From: Amoebidium appalachense
Taxonomy: Eukaryota > Protista > Ichthyosporea
Length of the DNA: 64,000 nucleotides
NCBI GenBank assembly: GCA_963693365.1
Contig: CAVNZM010000006.1
Coordinates: 2,728,001-2,792,000, forward strand
Direction: 5' to 3'
Part shown: positions 14,274-45,300 of the stretch, one piece after another
Layout of the letters: every line of letters begins with the position of its first letter
Numbering within the stretch: the first letter of the stretch is position 1
Made by a program: the position numbers and the translations under genes
Notes under the pieces: generated by a model
What the model was told of the DNA's origin: nothing
Databases searched by the model: none
The model's input: the letters and a program-made list of their open reading frames with translations, nothing else

Positions 14274-15066
14274 GGCCTTTAAACAGCAAAAGTAAGTCGT
14301 CTTATCCGATCTTATGTTGTGTTTTTGTAAGAAAAGAAAACCAAACTTCATATAGCAAGAGGTAAAGTTGCTTGCATTATGAAAATAACAAGAAAATATT
14401 TGAATTTGGCAGTGAAGTAGTGATTCCAAGCTGCTCCGACCCGAATTTTGTTGGCGCCAATGATTCGCGCATTCCACTGTTGACTCTCCCAAGCTTTGAG
14501 CAGGCAGGCATGCCATTGTACACCATGATGCAGTTGGCGAGTTCAAGTCTGAGTTCATGATCACTGATTGGGCTGGCATAAACGTTGTAGCTGTCATAGG
14601 TGATAGTATGTATACTATATTTATAGTAGTTATGATATTGGTTGGAAAAACATATCATATACATAAGTGTTTTTGACCAAAACATAGCCCCTGTGGCTCA
14701 AGCTCAGACTTGACCTTATAGATCACAAACACAAAGATCATCTCAAGCAGAAATAAAACCTTAACGACACGAGAAAAGGGTCACCTCTGTTAACAAACCT
14801 AACACCATTTGACTTACAAAATGGGTGGTTTTAAAGAGTAGCTTGGCTAGCCCATGCAAAACTTAAAGATCCCCAGGTAGTGACGTAGCTCTACACAAGC
14901 CATCTCCGAATCCAGCATTAGACACACCCACGCAGACGACAGGTACAAGCACACACACGCACACACATACATACACGCACACGCCGTGGTAAAGTCCTGA
15001 ACACACAAGGGCACACACACCCACACACACAAGCGCACACACACCCACACACGCGCGCACACACAC

Positions 15067-15103
<37 letters not shown>

Positions 15104-15136
15104 ATCACACACACACACACACACCACACACACAAT

Positions 15137-16228
15137 ATGGCGTTTCACAAACCCTTTTCAGGGCCCCCACTCTCCACCGAGTCCGACGATAGTCTCTCCG
15201 TTTCTTCCGCCCCTCTAGCCCCCAACCCCCACGCTAAGTCTTCTGTGGCAAGAGCATATGTGTGCCAGTATGCGGGGTGCAACCGCACGTACATCAACGA
15301 ACATTCGAGACGCCAACACTATCGCCGCTCACACCGAACACGCCAGCAAACAGAACCAAACGGGCACGTGCCTGTAGCCCCTACACCCAAGGGGCTGGCA
15401 GCAGGCAAGCACAGAGCACATAGTGAGCCAAATATTGAGGGTCTGGAGGAGAGATTGTGGGGCCCACCCCACACACACACACACACACAACCATACACAC
15501 ACTCGCAATCACACACACCCACACCTACACAACCACACACACACACCCTCTCCTACGGCATTCAACTGCACAGTGATAAACGACGGCCATTTCAGTTCCA
15601 GCGGAGTCTCTCATCACCAAACGTTGGACCGTCCCCGGCTACCCACCCCTACGTTTCACACAGACGCCAACATACCCATGGAAGGTATCACCACCAACCC
15701 GACACTCCTTACGAGGAAGATCCACTGCACACATCCAGGAATATTATGTCTCATCAACACAGTGATATGCACTTTGGGCGTCACACACACACAAGCATGT
15801 TGTTGAAACATGACGACCAACTACCGGAAGATCTGAAGGATCTTCCAGACACGCTGTTTGACTTTCACCCACCCCGGGGGCCACAGTCAACGTTTAGCTT
15901 GGACTCGCTAGTCGGTCAAGGAGAGAGTGTGTGGGATCGTAAGCATAATAGGTATGGTCATGTTGGGTTCGAAAGGATGGGTTCCCGGGGCGATGGAGAG
16001 CAACGGTACACCCCTGTTGAGGAAACCGGCTGGCACAGAGAATATGGAAAGAGAGGGGGCGGTTCGGAAGGGATCAGGCCCGACCCAGATAGACTTTCGG
16101 GTCACCAAGTAGGCCACAGGGCGGAGAACGAAGGAGAGACGTGGATGGAATTGGAGGCGTTCCGAACCGAGTTGGATATTATTCTGGGTGTGGGGAAGGG
16201 CATGGATGCTTCGAAAAAAACACGGTAG
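15137..16228 (+). CDS. Single C2H2 zinc-finger protein, 363 aa, intronless
   Basis: Long clean ORF with [26 protein letters not shown] (C-x4-C-x12-H-x4-H); the remainder is low-complexity and His-rich. Confidence 0.75.
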   Translation: MAFHKPFSGPPLSTESDDSLSVSSAPLAPNPHAKSSVARAYVCQYAGCNRTYINEHSRRQHYRRSHRTRQQTEPNGHVPVAPTPKGLAAGKHRAHSEPNIEGLEERLWGPPHTHTHTQPYTHSQSHTPTPTQPHTHTLSYGIQLHSDKRRPFQFQRSLSSPNVGPSPATHPYVSHRRQHTHGRYHHQPDTPYEEDPLHTSRNIMSHQHSDMHFGRHTHTSMLLKHDDQLPEDLKDLPDTLFDFHPPRGPQSTFSLDSLVGQGESVWDRKHNRYGHVGFERMGSRGDGEQRYTPVEETGWHREYGKRGGGSEGIRPDPDRLSGHQVGHRAENEGETWMELEAFRTELDIILGVGKGMDASKKTR

Positions 16229-16928
16229 ATGAGCGTTGGAAGGTAGGAACACACATATATAGTAGACGAATAGATTTGAGATGCAGTGAGAAAACGAAAT
16301 GAACGAAAGTTTTTGCTTTGCGAATAAGCTGCCCACTCTTTTATAACAACCAGAAACCACAGCTGTGCGGTTTTTTGATCCCAAGAGGTAGAGTATCAAT
16401 GATCACAATCGGGAGAATTTACGAGCAACTGGATGAATCTAACAGCGCTTATAGATGTAAAAAAGCATTCTCTAGTATATCAATATTAGTCTTCTATTTG
16501 TGGCATGAAACCTTGGCTGGTAAGAATGTAAGTAGTTTTGTGTATGTCTTCTACGTGAAATGTGAATATTGCACATCAACTTTGTTATCCAAATCGTCTA
16601 TCACCCTGACTCTCCAAATCGCTGCATATCCCATGTATCAAGATTGTAGCAAAATCCCACATAATATCCCTCCTGTCAATACAACTCCGTCAAGCCAGGT
16701 ATATCCAAAGCTAAGAAACAGTGTCCCTGTGTATGTTTGTCATTTACCCCTCTTCCCCCCTCCCCCCCCTCTTCCCCCCCCCCGCCCCACACACACACAT
16801 CACCCACTTCGCTTCACTATTCTTTGCTTCGAAGGAACGGAAAGAAAGCAAAAAGAGAACGAAGAAGGAAAAAAGCTGTGTGTGCGCAGGGGGGGGGGGG
16901 GGGAGGGGAGGGAGGGGGGGGAGGAAGA

Positions 16929-16962
<34 letters not shown>

Positions 16963-16989
16963 AGCACACAAGCATATGCTTTCGAGCAC

Positions 16990-17020
<31 letters not shown>

Positions 17021-17023
17021 TAT

Positions 17024-17062
<39 letters not shown>

Positions 17063-17285
17063 GTTTCACACGCTTCGATACGTATTTACTAGTGGAACCA
17101 TTTACCAGCAGCTAATTCAGTAAGACAGCTTGCATGGCAAACCATCATAAAAGTATGTTCAGCAGGTATTAGTGGTGTGGTGGGAATTTCTTTCTTTGAA
17201 ATTGTTGCTTACTTTTTTCTTTTGTTTCATGTTGAAAAGGAAAAGGGGTAAGCGAACGGATGAGAGGAGACCAGAGGAGGGTGGT

Positions 17286-17363
<78 letters not shown>

Positions 17364-17379
17364 GAACGAGAGAAAAGGT

Positions 17380-17412
<33 letters not shown>

Positions 17413-17885
17413 CTACCAGTGGGGAAAAGATTTCATAGGACGCACAATTTGAGTAGCAGTGCGCAGCCGAGCAATATTGCAATTGGAAAGCCACGGGTGA
17501 ATGCATTTTGATAACTAGCGTGTGTATTGGGAATTCGTGAGATATACACATCATGATCCACACTATCTATAACACCATAATTGCCGATCCCCCTCCCCCT
17601 TCTCCCCCCCCCCCCCCCCCCCCCCCCCAACCCTGCTCCCCTCCTCCTCTTCCCCCTTCCTCCCAAAGCAAACCAGACGGGCTGCACCCACAAGTGAGAG
17701 GTTTTGAATTGAAATTTAGACCCAAGATTTTTTCGACAGAAAGAACCCCCCTAGTTTTCTCTCCAGACCGCCTGCACGATTGACATTGTTTTACCTCTAA
17801 GTTTTGTGTTTTTGTCTTCATGGATTGTCTTTGCTTCGTATTCCAACTTGTGTCATTACCCTTCTTTGCTCCTTCCCCCCCCCCC

Positions 17886-17916
<31 letters not shown>

Positions 17917-18056
17917 ACACGTGCGCGCAACCACACACATCACACTATCCCCCCCATCTCCTTCCCCCTCCCCCGCATGTGCTTTGGGGAAAAAAAAAAA
18001 GAATGGGGTATATTTTCGTTATGGGTGTTTTTAGCCTGCAAGAGGTAAAGGATATT

Positions 18057-18118
<62 letters not shown>

Positions 18119-19428
18119 GACCCACCTTCCCACCCACGCACGCACCCACCCACCCACCCACACGCACCCACCCCACCCCCCTCATGTATCATGGCAATAA
18201 TATACAAAAACTTCCCCTGCAAAGCAGTCACCAAGAAATCTTAAAAGGCGGAGAATCTTAATGACGGGCTTTATCAGCCTGTATTCATGGTTGAAATTTC
18301 GTATTTGGTATATCGCGTTGGATATCCGGTCAAGCTATCTCAGCGACTGCCTCGTTGTGTCTATGGCCACTGTACTATATGTCCGTTCTTGGCCCTAGGC
18401 CTGTACATGTGTGATGCCCCGATCTATATAGATTATTTTCTTTAAAAAAAAAAAAAAGAAAGAAAAGGAACTTAAGGTCTAGCCTCCCTAGCCACGGTCT
18501 TTGGGTGGCTACCTGTCCCGAGACCTACATAGATATATACCCATAGGCTATGTACGTTACAGAATGTTGCATGTGCTGTCAGACAAACATGAAAGTACGA
18601 TCGGGGTTTACACAATCATAAATAGCTGTGTTTGTGGGGTTTGGTTTTATAGGTAGAAGTATGCTTGGAAGACCTAAAACAACTAAAAAGTAGGATTATC
18701 GATATATCGCCATTGCGAAAAATTGTAAAGACCAATCATTCGCGCGTGATCGTACCGAATAACCAAGTATAGAAATTTGGGGAGGAAATTTTGGCACGCA
18801 AGAAAAATGTTTTTTATGAAAAAACTAAAAAGGTAGGAATAGGGGAATTTGTAAGAGTGGGTCTTGTTACTTAAATTCACATAGCTAGCCCATGAGGGGG
18901 GTCTAACGTGGCGTGGTGGTGTCGAGAGGTTGAGGTGGTAGGGTGCACATTGTATCCCATATGCATGCCGTGCAGGTTTTAAAATGACTGCTATAGATCA
19001 CCTTTTTAATGCTGCACAGTATGATCACGGTGATAGGGTGTCTTAACTTTCTCACAGTAGGCCTAGCTATCATTGCTAGCCTCTGCTTATTCACAATCTG
19101 AGTACTAGGTGGAATGTCTTATGATGGCTTTGCTTACCGTGCACAAATGTCGCTAGCTGCATTTGATTGGCTGCGCTGGAAAACGCAGTAGGCCGTCAGG
19201 TGAGGCTGGGGCCCAGACAGTGTCCGTAGCAATAGATAGCGTGTAATCCCCCTATATGCATTGTGGTGGTGGCTGCTGTGTGTCGTGTCTGTACATGTGG
19301 TGTGGGTTGTAGTCGTTGCTAAGTATATACATGGTGTGTGCACATGTGTCTACGTTTTATTAGCAGGCTGGCTTGGGGTATGTGTGTGTGTGTGTGTGAC
19401 GTGTGTGTGTGTGTGTGTGCGTGTGTGC

Positions 19429-19459
<31 letters not shown>

Positions 19460-19526
19460 GAGGAGGAGGTGGTGGTGGTTGTGTTGGTAGGGTGGAGAGG
19501 CGGCGGGGGGGGGGGGGGGGGGGGGG

Positions 19527-19567
<41 letters not shown>

Positions 19568-19959
19568 GGGAGAGGAGGGGGGGAAGGGGGGGAAGGGGGG
19601 AGAATGCAAGAGTAAATCACACACAACTGCAGGAGTATGTAACACCGCATGGCCCACCTCCAGGAAGAAGGAAGGAAGGACGGAGGGAAAGAGGAAAAGC
19701 CGGGTTATACTTGTACACAATAACCTTAAGTGTGTGTTTGCTACCATCCTACTACCTTGCTTGGACTCTCGCATTATGACACAAACAGAGAGAAAGAGCG
19801 CTATAGAGCTAAAAAACTTGGAAATACATCAAATGTCTACGCACAGCGAGGCCCTAAGATATGCGAAACACACGCACCATGGCACCCACACACCCGGTCC
19901 CACACATGCACACACACACAGAGAGAGAGAGAGAGGGGGGGGGGGGGGGGGGGGGGGGG

Positions 19960-19996
<37 letters not shown>

Positions 19997-20083
19997 TGCC
20001 AGTGATTAGATAGCACGAGGGAGCTCGAGAGAAGCACACCACAAAACCACAGTGACCCTGTGTCGGAGGGCCGGGAGAGAGAT

Positions 20084-20129
<46 letters not shown>

Positions 20130-20796
20130 GCAGAAAGAGACACGCAAAACACACAGCGAACGAGGCAAGCCAGAACACATTAAGATTTTTAGAGAAACAT
20201 GCAAGACGCACACACATACACAAGGAAAGAGAAACAAAAACACACACATAGAAACACGATAGGGAAAACACTCACTCCACACAAAGAGAGACACGCAAGA
20301 TGCATTGCATGGCACGGCTTCACGTGAGTATGATCATAGGTCTATTTCTAGCGTCCGTGGGGCTGCATGTGGTCAAACGATCAGTCGGTGTGTGCCTTAT
20401 ACATGCTCCAAGATCACAGACCCGGATACATATATAAATACAATTAAAAACTAAAACACTATGTCGAAATGCTACAGAAAAGCTATGTGGAAAGAAACAA
20501 AATCAATACATAACCGTTGATATATATCTTGCAGCCACAGAATACAGGCAGAAGATACGGCATTCGACCATGACTGAGTGTGAAATAAGACAAATGGTCA
20601 GAAAATAGATACACATTCCTTCAAAAGCGCGTTTGGCAATGAACTCACCTGAATATGTTCAGGGCACAAGATAACTGATTGTACATACATTGTGTAAATT
20701 TCCCAACAAAAACCCCGTTTCTGTACTTGGATACTTGGATTTCGGCCCAGAACTTCACTCTAACCCCTACATGCATGGGTGAGGGGGGTTTATGCC

Positions 20797-33420
<12,624 letters not shown>

Positions 33421-34314
33421 TTTCGACACTTTTCTACGTCCTGAAACTGGACGTTTTCTCCTTAGATTATAAGGAAAATGAACTGTCGCCCCAAACACGG
33501 TGCATAGGGGCCGATTCTGGTGGAATAGGCACGCGTCCAGTGATGAAATAGTCCCCAGCAACTGAGGTTGGAGGTGCGCCCTCCACGAGTAATATAGCTG
33601 CTACGGTCCCCCCTGAGACACGGCATCTTGTGTGCGTGATTTTAGACCAAGCAAAGAAAGCGTAGAAATACGGTAGAATAATGTGTCTACTCGTGCAGGA
33701 TCTTGTGGTGTGTACACTGTCTGGGACTCTGAGAAAGTGAATTAAAGCAGGGCAAAATAGCACTAGCTAGCGTTTAAATACATGAGTTTTGGTAATAGGA
33801 ACACGAAGATAAGTAGGGCTTATATAAGTTTAATTCTCTATTTGATAGAGTGGATTATGCAGCCGAGCATTAAAGTGGTAGGAATTGTGTAGCTCTGTTC
33901 TGCCAATCATGTTTGGCCTGGTAAAAAAGCTATGTACGCTCCGACCCTGAGCCCAGCACTGGCCGAGCGTTCTACATAGATGCATACCAGGCACTGGTCA
34001 AAATTGTATGTCATAAAGACAGTGACCAGACAATAAAACGGAAAGTGTATATATTATACAATAACATATATAAATTCTAGGTGAAGAACAGTTTATCAGT
34101 CTTATCAAAACATATCTCCAGAACCTGGCGCCGCCGCCGCCCACTGCAGGAGTTCGAAGCATTGGTTTGTGTAGCCAATCAGTGCAGTGGAAGGGCTACC
34201 ATAAAGGGTATCTAGGAAGCAGCTGTTCTACCCCTTAGATGAAACCCCTTCGCAAAAATTCCAAATTTAACTGTTTTCATTGATTCAAGTTCAACATTGT
34301 GCAACCTATTGGGG

Positions 34315-34369
<55 letters not shown>

Positions 34370-35273
34370 GTGCTCTACAGATTCTACAAGTTATCTATTT
34401 TTTACGTATAATTGGAAACCCTACCACTGTACCTTACTGCAATGGCAGATTTGAATTTTTTTTAACTTTCACGATGAATATGCAGCTAATTTTTTTAAAA
34501 GGATTACATAGATTCGTTCCAACGTTATTGGCCGGCCCCATTTTCGGGTATTAAGGGCACCTTAGTGAATTTTACCAGACCCCCCCCCTAATAACAGTAC
34601 CATTGGCGTGAAGTTGCTCCCCGCAAGATCTAGTGTAGGGAGAACAGGGTTTTAATGCGGCCCAGGCTCCGGGCCGTACCGGCTTCGACATCAACCGTGC
34701 CCGGGCGGGTCACTGACGGTGCCCAACCAAGTGAAAACTAACATATAGTAGCGCTTTATGCATATTTTTTGGAGGTAGGTATCACTCTTTAACCCCCGTT
34801 TTTATGCGCCTAGCCACCCGGTTGCTGAGTTAGTATTTGCTTTGTGTGAAACAATAAGTGCAAAACCCTTTTGGATGTGTGCTATCTCAAACGTAGAAAG
34901 CACGCCATCCGACTGACGGTCCACCCAGTCCACCCACCGGAAATTACGTAATTTCTACCTGTTCTTGCATCATGGGTGGCGGGGCCCGAATTTTGAGGGC
35001 CTGAGGCACTTTAGTGCTGATGGTCATATGCATGTGCATGGTGACAGACAGTCATATTATTATTGGTATCCCAAAGCATTGCATATACTCGATTCCCAAA
35101 AAAAATTACTATTGGAATCACATAGGCCGAATAGAGCTGGCTGGCTAATTATAATAAGAATGGGGTTTACGCACAATTTATGAATAAAAGCTTCAAGTGA
35201 CCAGGGGGTGTGGGCAAGGGGACACCTGCCGGGTGTGTGTGTGTGTGACTTGTGTGTGTGTGTGACGTGTGTG

Positions 35274-35333
<60 letters not shown>

Positions 35334-35387
35334 ACGTGGGGCCCCCCGGGGGGGGGGAGGAGGGGGAGGGGGGGGGAGGGGGAGGGG

Positions 35388-35419
<32 letters not shown>

Positions 35420-36088
35420 AGGGGGGCGGGGGCAATCATTGGTTGCTCCACTTAAGTACAGGCCCACTAGCTTATATTTACTTTGTGGAATTGATCGCTG
35501 CCCAGCTGCACTAAATGGTATGTGATTTATTTCAGTAAAGCTTGAGCAGAAGTGGAATATCCTGAACACTAAATTCCCAAATGTATCACTATATCCAGTG
35601 ACTGTCTGATGAATATCAAAGCATCTAATTAATAATGTACATCCAACATATCTGCATGCCGCACCAGCCTATATATTATTATTAATGTTCAAAAAGAATC
35701 CGCTCACACATGTGAAGTGACTGTTTTCTAGTCGGATTTACAGGCTGCGGCTACATATACAGTGCGCCAGAATTATATACTTCTCCACGTGCATGGTTGT
35801 TGAAATTACACATACCTGTAAACAACTGTTAGGACGGTACCAAAAAAAGGGTGGTCGCGATGGCATAGGTGCCGTGTGTGTTGCGTGGTGGTGATGGTTG
35901 GGAGAGGGGTGCAGGGTGAGGATGGATGGGGTGGCTGACTTTATGGTTGTGGTGATGGTGGTGCTGGTGGTGTGTGTGTGGGGGGGGTGGGTGTGTGGTG
36001 GAGGGGGGGAGGGGGGGGGAGGGGGGGACACGAGCAAAATAAAAAACAGCAAGGAAAAGAACCTAAAGGGAAAGGGGGCTGTTTGCAG

Positions 36089-40103
<4,015 letters not shown>

Positions 40104-40723
40104 CTTCTTTTTGACCTTGCACCCCAAAATTACCGTTTTCTAGTATACAAAAGAGGATACTACACTCTCGAATGCTGAACTTCTTTAACGCTTTGTGTGA
40201 AAACACGACGTGTTACCGAATTATTCCTTTTGCCTTTCGGAAAGCCTAAAAGGGAATTCGTCGGATTGCGGGAAAAGCCAGGTGATCTAGGGGGATTGAT
40301 GGTGCGGATTTACCTAATCAAATAAATCTATTTATAGATAAATATGGTAGCTCATTTTTAACTATATTAAGATATATTAAGAGTCTTCCTATTGGCATAA
40401 TCATCAAAGACGATTATGCAACTGGCTCACTGACAGTACACACCCCTGGACCAGGCTGTGTGTTTTCTCTGCTTTCTGTGTTAGCACTTCGCAGGTGTGT
40501 TAGGTGCACAAGGGTGTTTCATTAAGGGATACGGGATCGGCGATTTTGAGTGGTCCCCGATTTCTTTCTGGCGCCGCCTTTTTTCCCCCTGATTACGTAA
40601 CGCGTTGCTACGGCACCCACGCCGTACAACGATTTTTGTGTTCGCACGTTAACGCAGAGGGCGCACAACCCGAAAGAATTTTTTTCATGAAAAGAAACTA
40701 CTTTGAATACATGCACTTTTACC

Positions 40724-41430
40724 ATGGGTGTGCAGGGCTTGCTCCCAGCACTCGGCATTAGTGCCGAAAAAGCCACAGATGTTACTGCAGAGTTGCAACG
40801 TGGGGTAGTTGCTTTTGACGGGATGGTGCAGGTCCACAAGTCCTTTTCAGTTTTCGCTGACACAGTAGCCAAACAGCAAATGGATGACAAAAAAGTCACA
40901 GACGACACATATGCAGCTATTGCAAATCACTTTATGTCCAAAGTTAATACGTATAGGCTAGCAGGGGTCCAGCCACACTATGTGTTTGATGGGCGCAGAT
41001 TGAAAGAGGGAAAACTAGTTGATAACGACCGTGCAGAAAAGGTGGTCAAAGCCCGCCAAGAAATAGCCACAAAAAGAGAGAAACAGGAGGAGGTAACTAA
41101 AAACAAATGGAGAAGCGCTGCAGAGTTAGATAACAGAGTTTTACATGCAATCATCCTTAGACTGAAAGATGAGAATGTCGATTACACAGTAGCTCCATAC
41201 GAAGCAGACCCCCAGCTTGCCTATATGGCACGTACCGGTTTGGCACACACTGTTGTCACTGAGGATGCCGACCTTCTTCTGTATAACATCCCGCGGGTTG
41301 TATACAAACTGCGCATTGCGGATGCGGCGGTCATCCCTGGGACCGCTAATGCGGTGCGCATTCCCAAACTGTACGGAGTGATTGTAACCCCCGCCGATGT
41401 TTTTACCAGAAGCACAAAGTACAACATAAT
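40724..41430 (+). CDS. FEN1/XPG/EXO1-family 5' nuclease inside the transposon; C-terminus truncated or interrupted
   Basis: MGVQGLLPAL, VVAFDG, HYVFDG, YTVAPYEADPQLAYM, VVTEDADLLLY are the XPG-N and XPG-I motifs with their acidic catalytic residues. No intron over ~235 codons. The ORF then runs into (GT)n and poly-G, and no H3TH 'GxDY' motif was found. Confidence 0.9.
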
Positions 41431-41501
<71 letters not shown>

Positions 41502-41671
41502 CAGTAATCTTCTGACCGATCTAGTGAACCTATAATGAATGAATGAAGACCGTGTGTCAAATCTGAGAGCAATGTACCAGACCCTGGTGCCTGCATATGT
41601 TTCCTACCCCCCCACCCCCCACCCCTCCCCCCGGTCCCTCCTCCCCCCTTGGTGTTTGCATACGTGCCTAC

Positions 41672-41713
<42 letters not shown>

Positions 41714-41715
41714 AC

Positions 41716-41746
<31 letters not shown>

Positions 41747-42030
41747 CATGCGTGCGTGTGTGCAAATGCATGCGTGGGTGCGTGGGTGCGTGGGTGCGTG
41801 CGTGCGTGCGTGCGTGCGTGCTTCCGTGTGTGCGTGGTTGTGTGTGTTTGTGAAGGGGGGGGGGGGGGGGGGGGGGGGGAGAACGACTCAAGGTTGTACT
41901 TGGCACACAAATACATAATAATTTCAATTATTATTATTATTTTCCTATACAGGAAAAGTGGAGCCCTACTGGCCGAATACATACATGCAAGCATTCATTC
42001 ATATTTTTGCCCCCCCCCCCCCCCCCCCCC

Positions 42031-42268
<238 letters not shown>

Positions 42269-42317
42269 CAGAGAAGGGGGCTTTAGGGAGAGGCACTGGC
42301 AATCGAAAACGAAAATT

Positions 42318-45300
42318 CTACACCATGCTTTTGGTGTGCCCGGGCCCCACCATATCCTTATATAGTGGCTCTTGCATGTTACACAAGAAAGCCACAGCCT
42401 TAGCTACCATCCAATGGGTGCCTACCATCGACATCTGCACCTGATTGCTAAACAGCCGATAATTTTTCATGCGCCCAAAAGCCCTCTCCACATGCACGCG
42501 CACACTAGACAGTCTTTGGCTATATATGGTGTCTTCAGCGTTTAGCTGCCCATGCTCAACAAACGACGGTAATAGCAAGGAAGCACCCTTCTCCATGATT
42601 AGCCCGTGCACTCTAAACCCTTTATCAGCTGCTATTTCATCCCCCTCTTCTATCTGATCTACAAATTCACGCTTGCATACACCTGTGAGATCCGGGTCTT
42701 TGAACCCCCCCACATGTGCATCGGACACCGGTCTGAGTTTCATATCCGTTGTGATGCCCCCGAAGTACTTGAGAGTATAATTGCTTTTGTACTCTGAGTA
42801 GAAACATCGTTTCAGAAGGAGGTTTGTCGGCACCTGTACAAACACCTCGGTGCAATCAATGATCCACCGTACATCGTCCCATTGCCCAGTGTAGCAACCG
42901 GCTTTAAACTTCGAAAGTTGCTCTCTGGTGGGGGCTTTTTCGTATAGAAAAACCTGTGCTAACGCCAGTGCACCAAGAAAATGGCGGAATATACGCGAAA
43001 GATTCGGTTCTGACACATCCACCAGCCGACTCAATAGTTGGAAGGATGTGCCGTGGCGGAGGCGAAAAAGTGTAAAAAGACATCCATCATGCCATATTAT
43101 TTCCTTTCCTGTTTTGGTTTTAAAATCATTCATGTTTATAGTTGATTGGCCAATAAAAGCAACAATCCCCAGCACTCCCATGAGAGCATCAAAACTATCC
43201 AACCCCGTGTATGTTTTCACCACATCATCTCTAGCCTTCCCTTCCTCTTCCGCCACTATGTCCTCCATGCATATTCTTTTCTGGTTTTGTAGTAATTCCT
43301 CCCTCGCTTGATCAAGCGCTTGTTCGAGCTCCTTCTTCTCCAATCTTTGTTTCTTCTCATTTTCCTCCAATTGCTTCGTAGCTATCTCAAGTTCGATTTG
43401 CATTTTCTCCGCCTGCTCCTTATAGAAAGCTCTTGAACGTTCCAGGACATTCACATAATCCTCTACATCCATCCCTTCCTCACCTGCCTTCGACTCTAGA
43501 TAGTCAAATGTCCTTTCACGCACATGTTCCCTCCTTCTTTTCGCTCGTTCACTGTCCTCTGCTTCTTCACTGCTCGTCTCCCCCCGCTCCCTTGCTCGTT
43601 TCCGTGTTTGCTCAATATCTGAGGCATCCATTCCTACAGCTTGCATATGACTATTGGCCCTTTCCTCCCTCAATAGCTGTACCTTCTCTCTGTACATCGG
43701 GTCTAGTTCCATTCGGATGGGACATGCATCCTTTGTTAATTTCAGTTTTCCATTCTTAGCAGTAATATCATCATCGGTGAAATGTGCCTCGCATACAACC
43801 AGTTGCTTAAGGATAGCCAGTGGCCAGGGGACTTCCACCTTCGGTTGCCCCCGTTTCCTCTTTGGTTGTGGTTCTTGTGCCGACTGCTCAGCTGGCACAG
43901 CCGAGTCATTGGCATTTTCGGATTGTGTGTCAGCTGTGTGTGTCTCAGTAGTGGTTGTGTCTGTATTTACGTCTGTCCCATCCGAGGCCTTTGGCCTTTG
44001 TAAACAACTGTACACATGAACTGTACATGTTTACTAAAGAATGTGATCTACTAGCACACGATTCGTGCTTTGTCATGAATATCACATAAATATTATGTCC
44101 GCACCAATAGGACTCACTCTGACCTAAGAATTGAACCATATATGGTTCTTCAGCTGCTTACCACATAAACGAAGTGAACCAATAAGAGGTTTGCATAAAT
44201 AGGACAAAGGTCTGACTGGCTCGGACCGCACCAGAATCACGAATGGCATGTTGCCACCCGCGCTGGCCGCGGATGAACCAATCCTGGGCCTTGATCCGAA
44301 ACCTGGGGGCTATATAACAAAGCCGTCCCAGTACGGGGATCACATCAGTGAAGTCTGAGACAGACTGAGTCGGCCCATAGTAAAAGCAACCTGGCCGCGT
44401 GTGCCTTTCTACCCGTTCTCTGTCTTTATTTTGATTCAGTTGTACTCTGCCTTATCCTAACTAGTCCAACTGTTTACATTGGCGACCGCGGCAGGACACT
44501 GTTATACATTGCCAACTGTTTACATTGGCGACCGCGCAGTTCAAGAATTTCGCATCCTTCGAATCTCACATCTTTCAATCAGTTCAAGAATCTCACATCT
44601 TTCAATCAGCTCAAGAATCTCCCATGGCCGATCACAATCCTTTTTACCCCGATGATAGGCACATCTTTCCTTGTCCGGCTTAGAATATATACACCGACAA
44701 GTTTGAAGTGGCCAGCCCACCTACACGGAAAGAATTGAAAGCATGTAAAACTTCTTTTGCTACGACACATCAAAAATGTGAAGAAAAACGAATACACAAC
44801 GAAACAACGAATACACGAGCAAACGAATAAAGAATTGCTAACGAAGCAATGAACCAACGAAAAACGAACCATCACGAATACACAATGAAATAAAGAATTA
44901 ACGACAAGCGAATGCATAAAGGAAATACGAAATGAATGCAACACAAAACAAAACAAAGTAACGAAGTTATCAAACGACAAAAAACGAAAAACGAAAGCAA
45001 AATGAAATGGAAATACGAAAATGAAAGAACGAATGCACAACACTGCTTGGGTTGCAATGCACACAGCCCCCTCTATGTTACGAAGAAAAGAAAACCGTTG
45101 CCCTTGCGTGCATTGCGCTATTGCACACTGTCATCGTGTCCATGCCACCGCATGCACCTCCACACTCGCAAGCCAGATGCACGGCCACTTTCAGCACGAA
45201 TGCATTTAAAGAAGAAGATAGTCGCTGTTCCTATAGCATTGAGGACATAAGGTGCTGTGAAAGTAGTTTTGCATGCATGCTTCGAATTTCTTGCTGTTTT

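Noticed and set aside
34520-35155. Possible MITE with imperfect ends (TTATTGGCCGGCC / CTGGCTGGCTAAT)
   Set aside because: The inverted match is too short and degenerate to support.
40724-41430. Calling the nuclease the host EXO1 gene
   Set aside because: It is intronless, lies within TIRs and is truncated, unlike the intron-dense conserved host genes nearby; gene symbol withheld.
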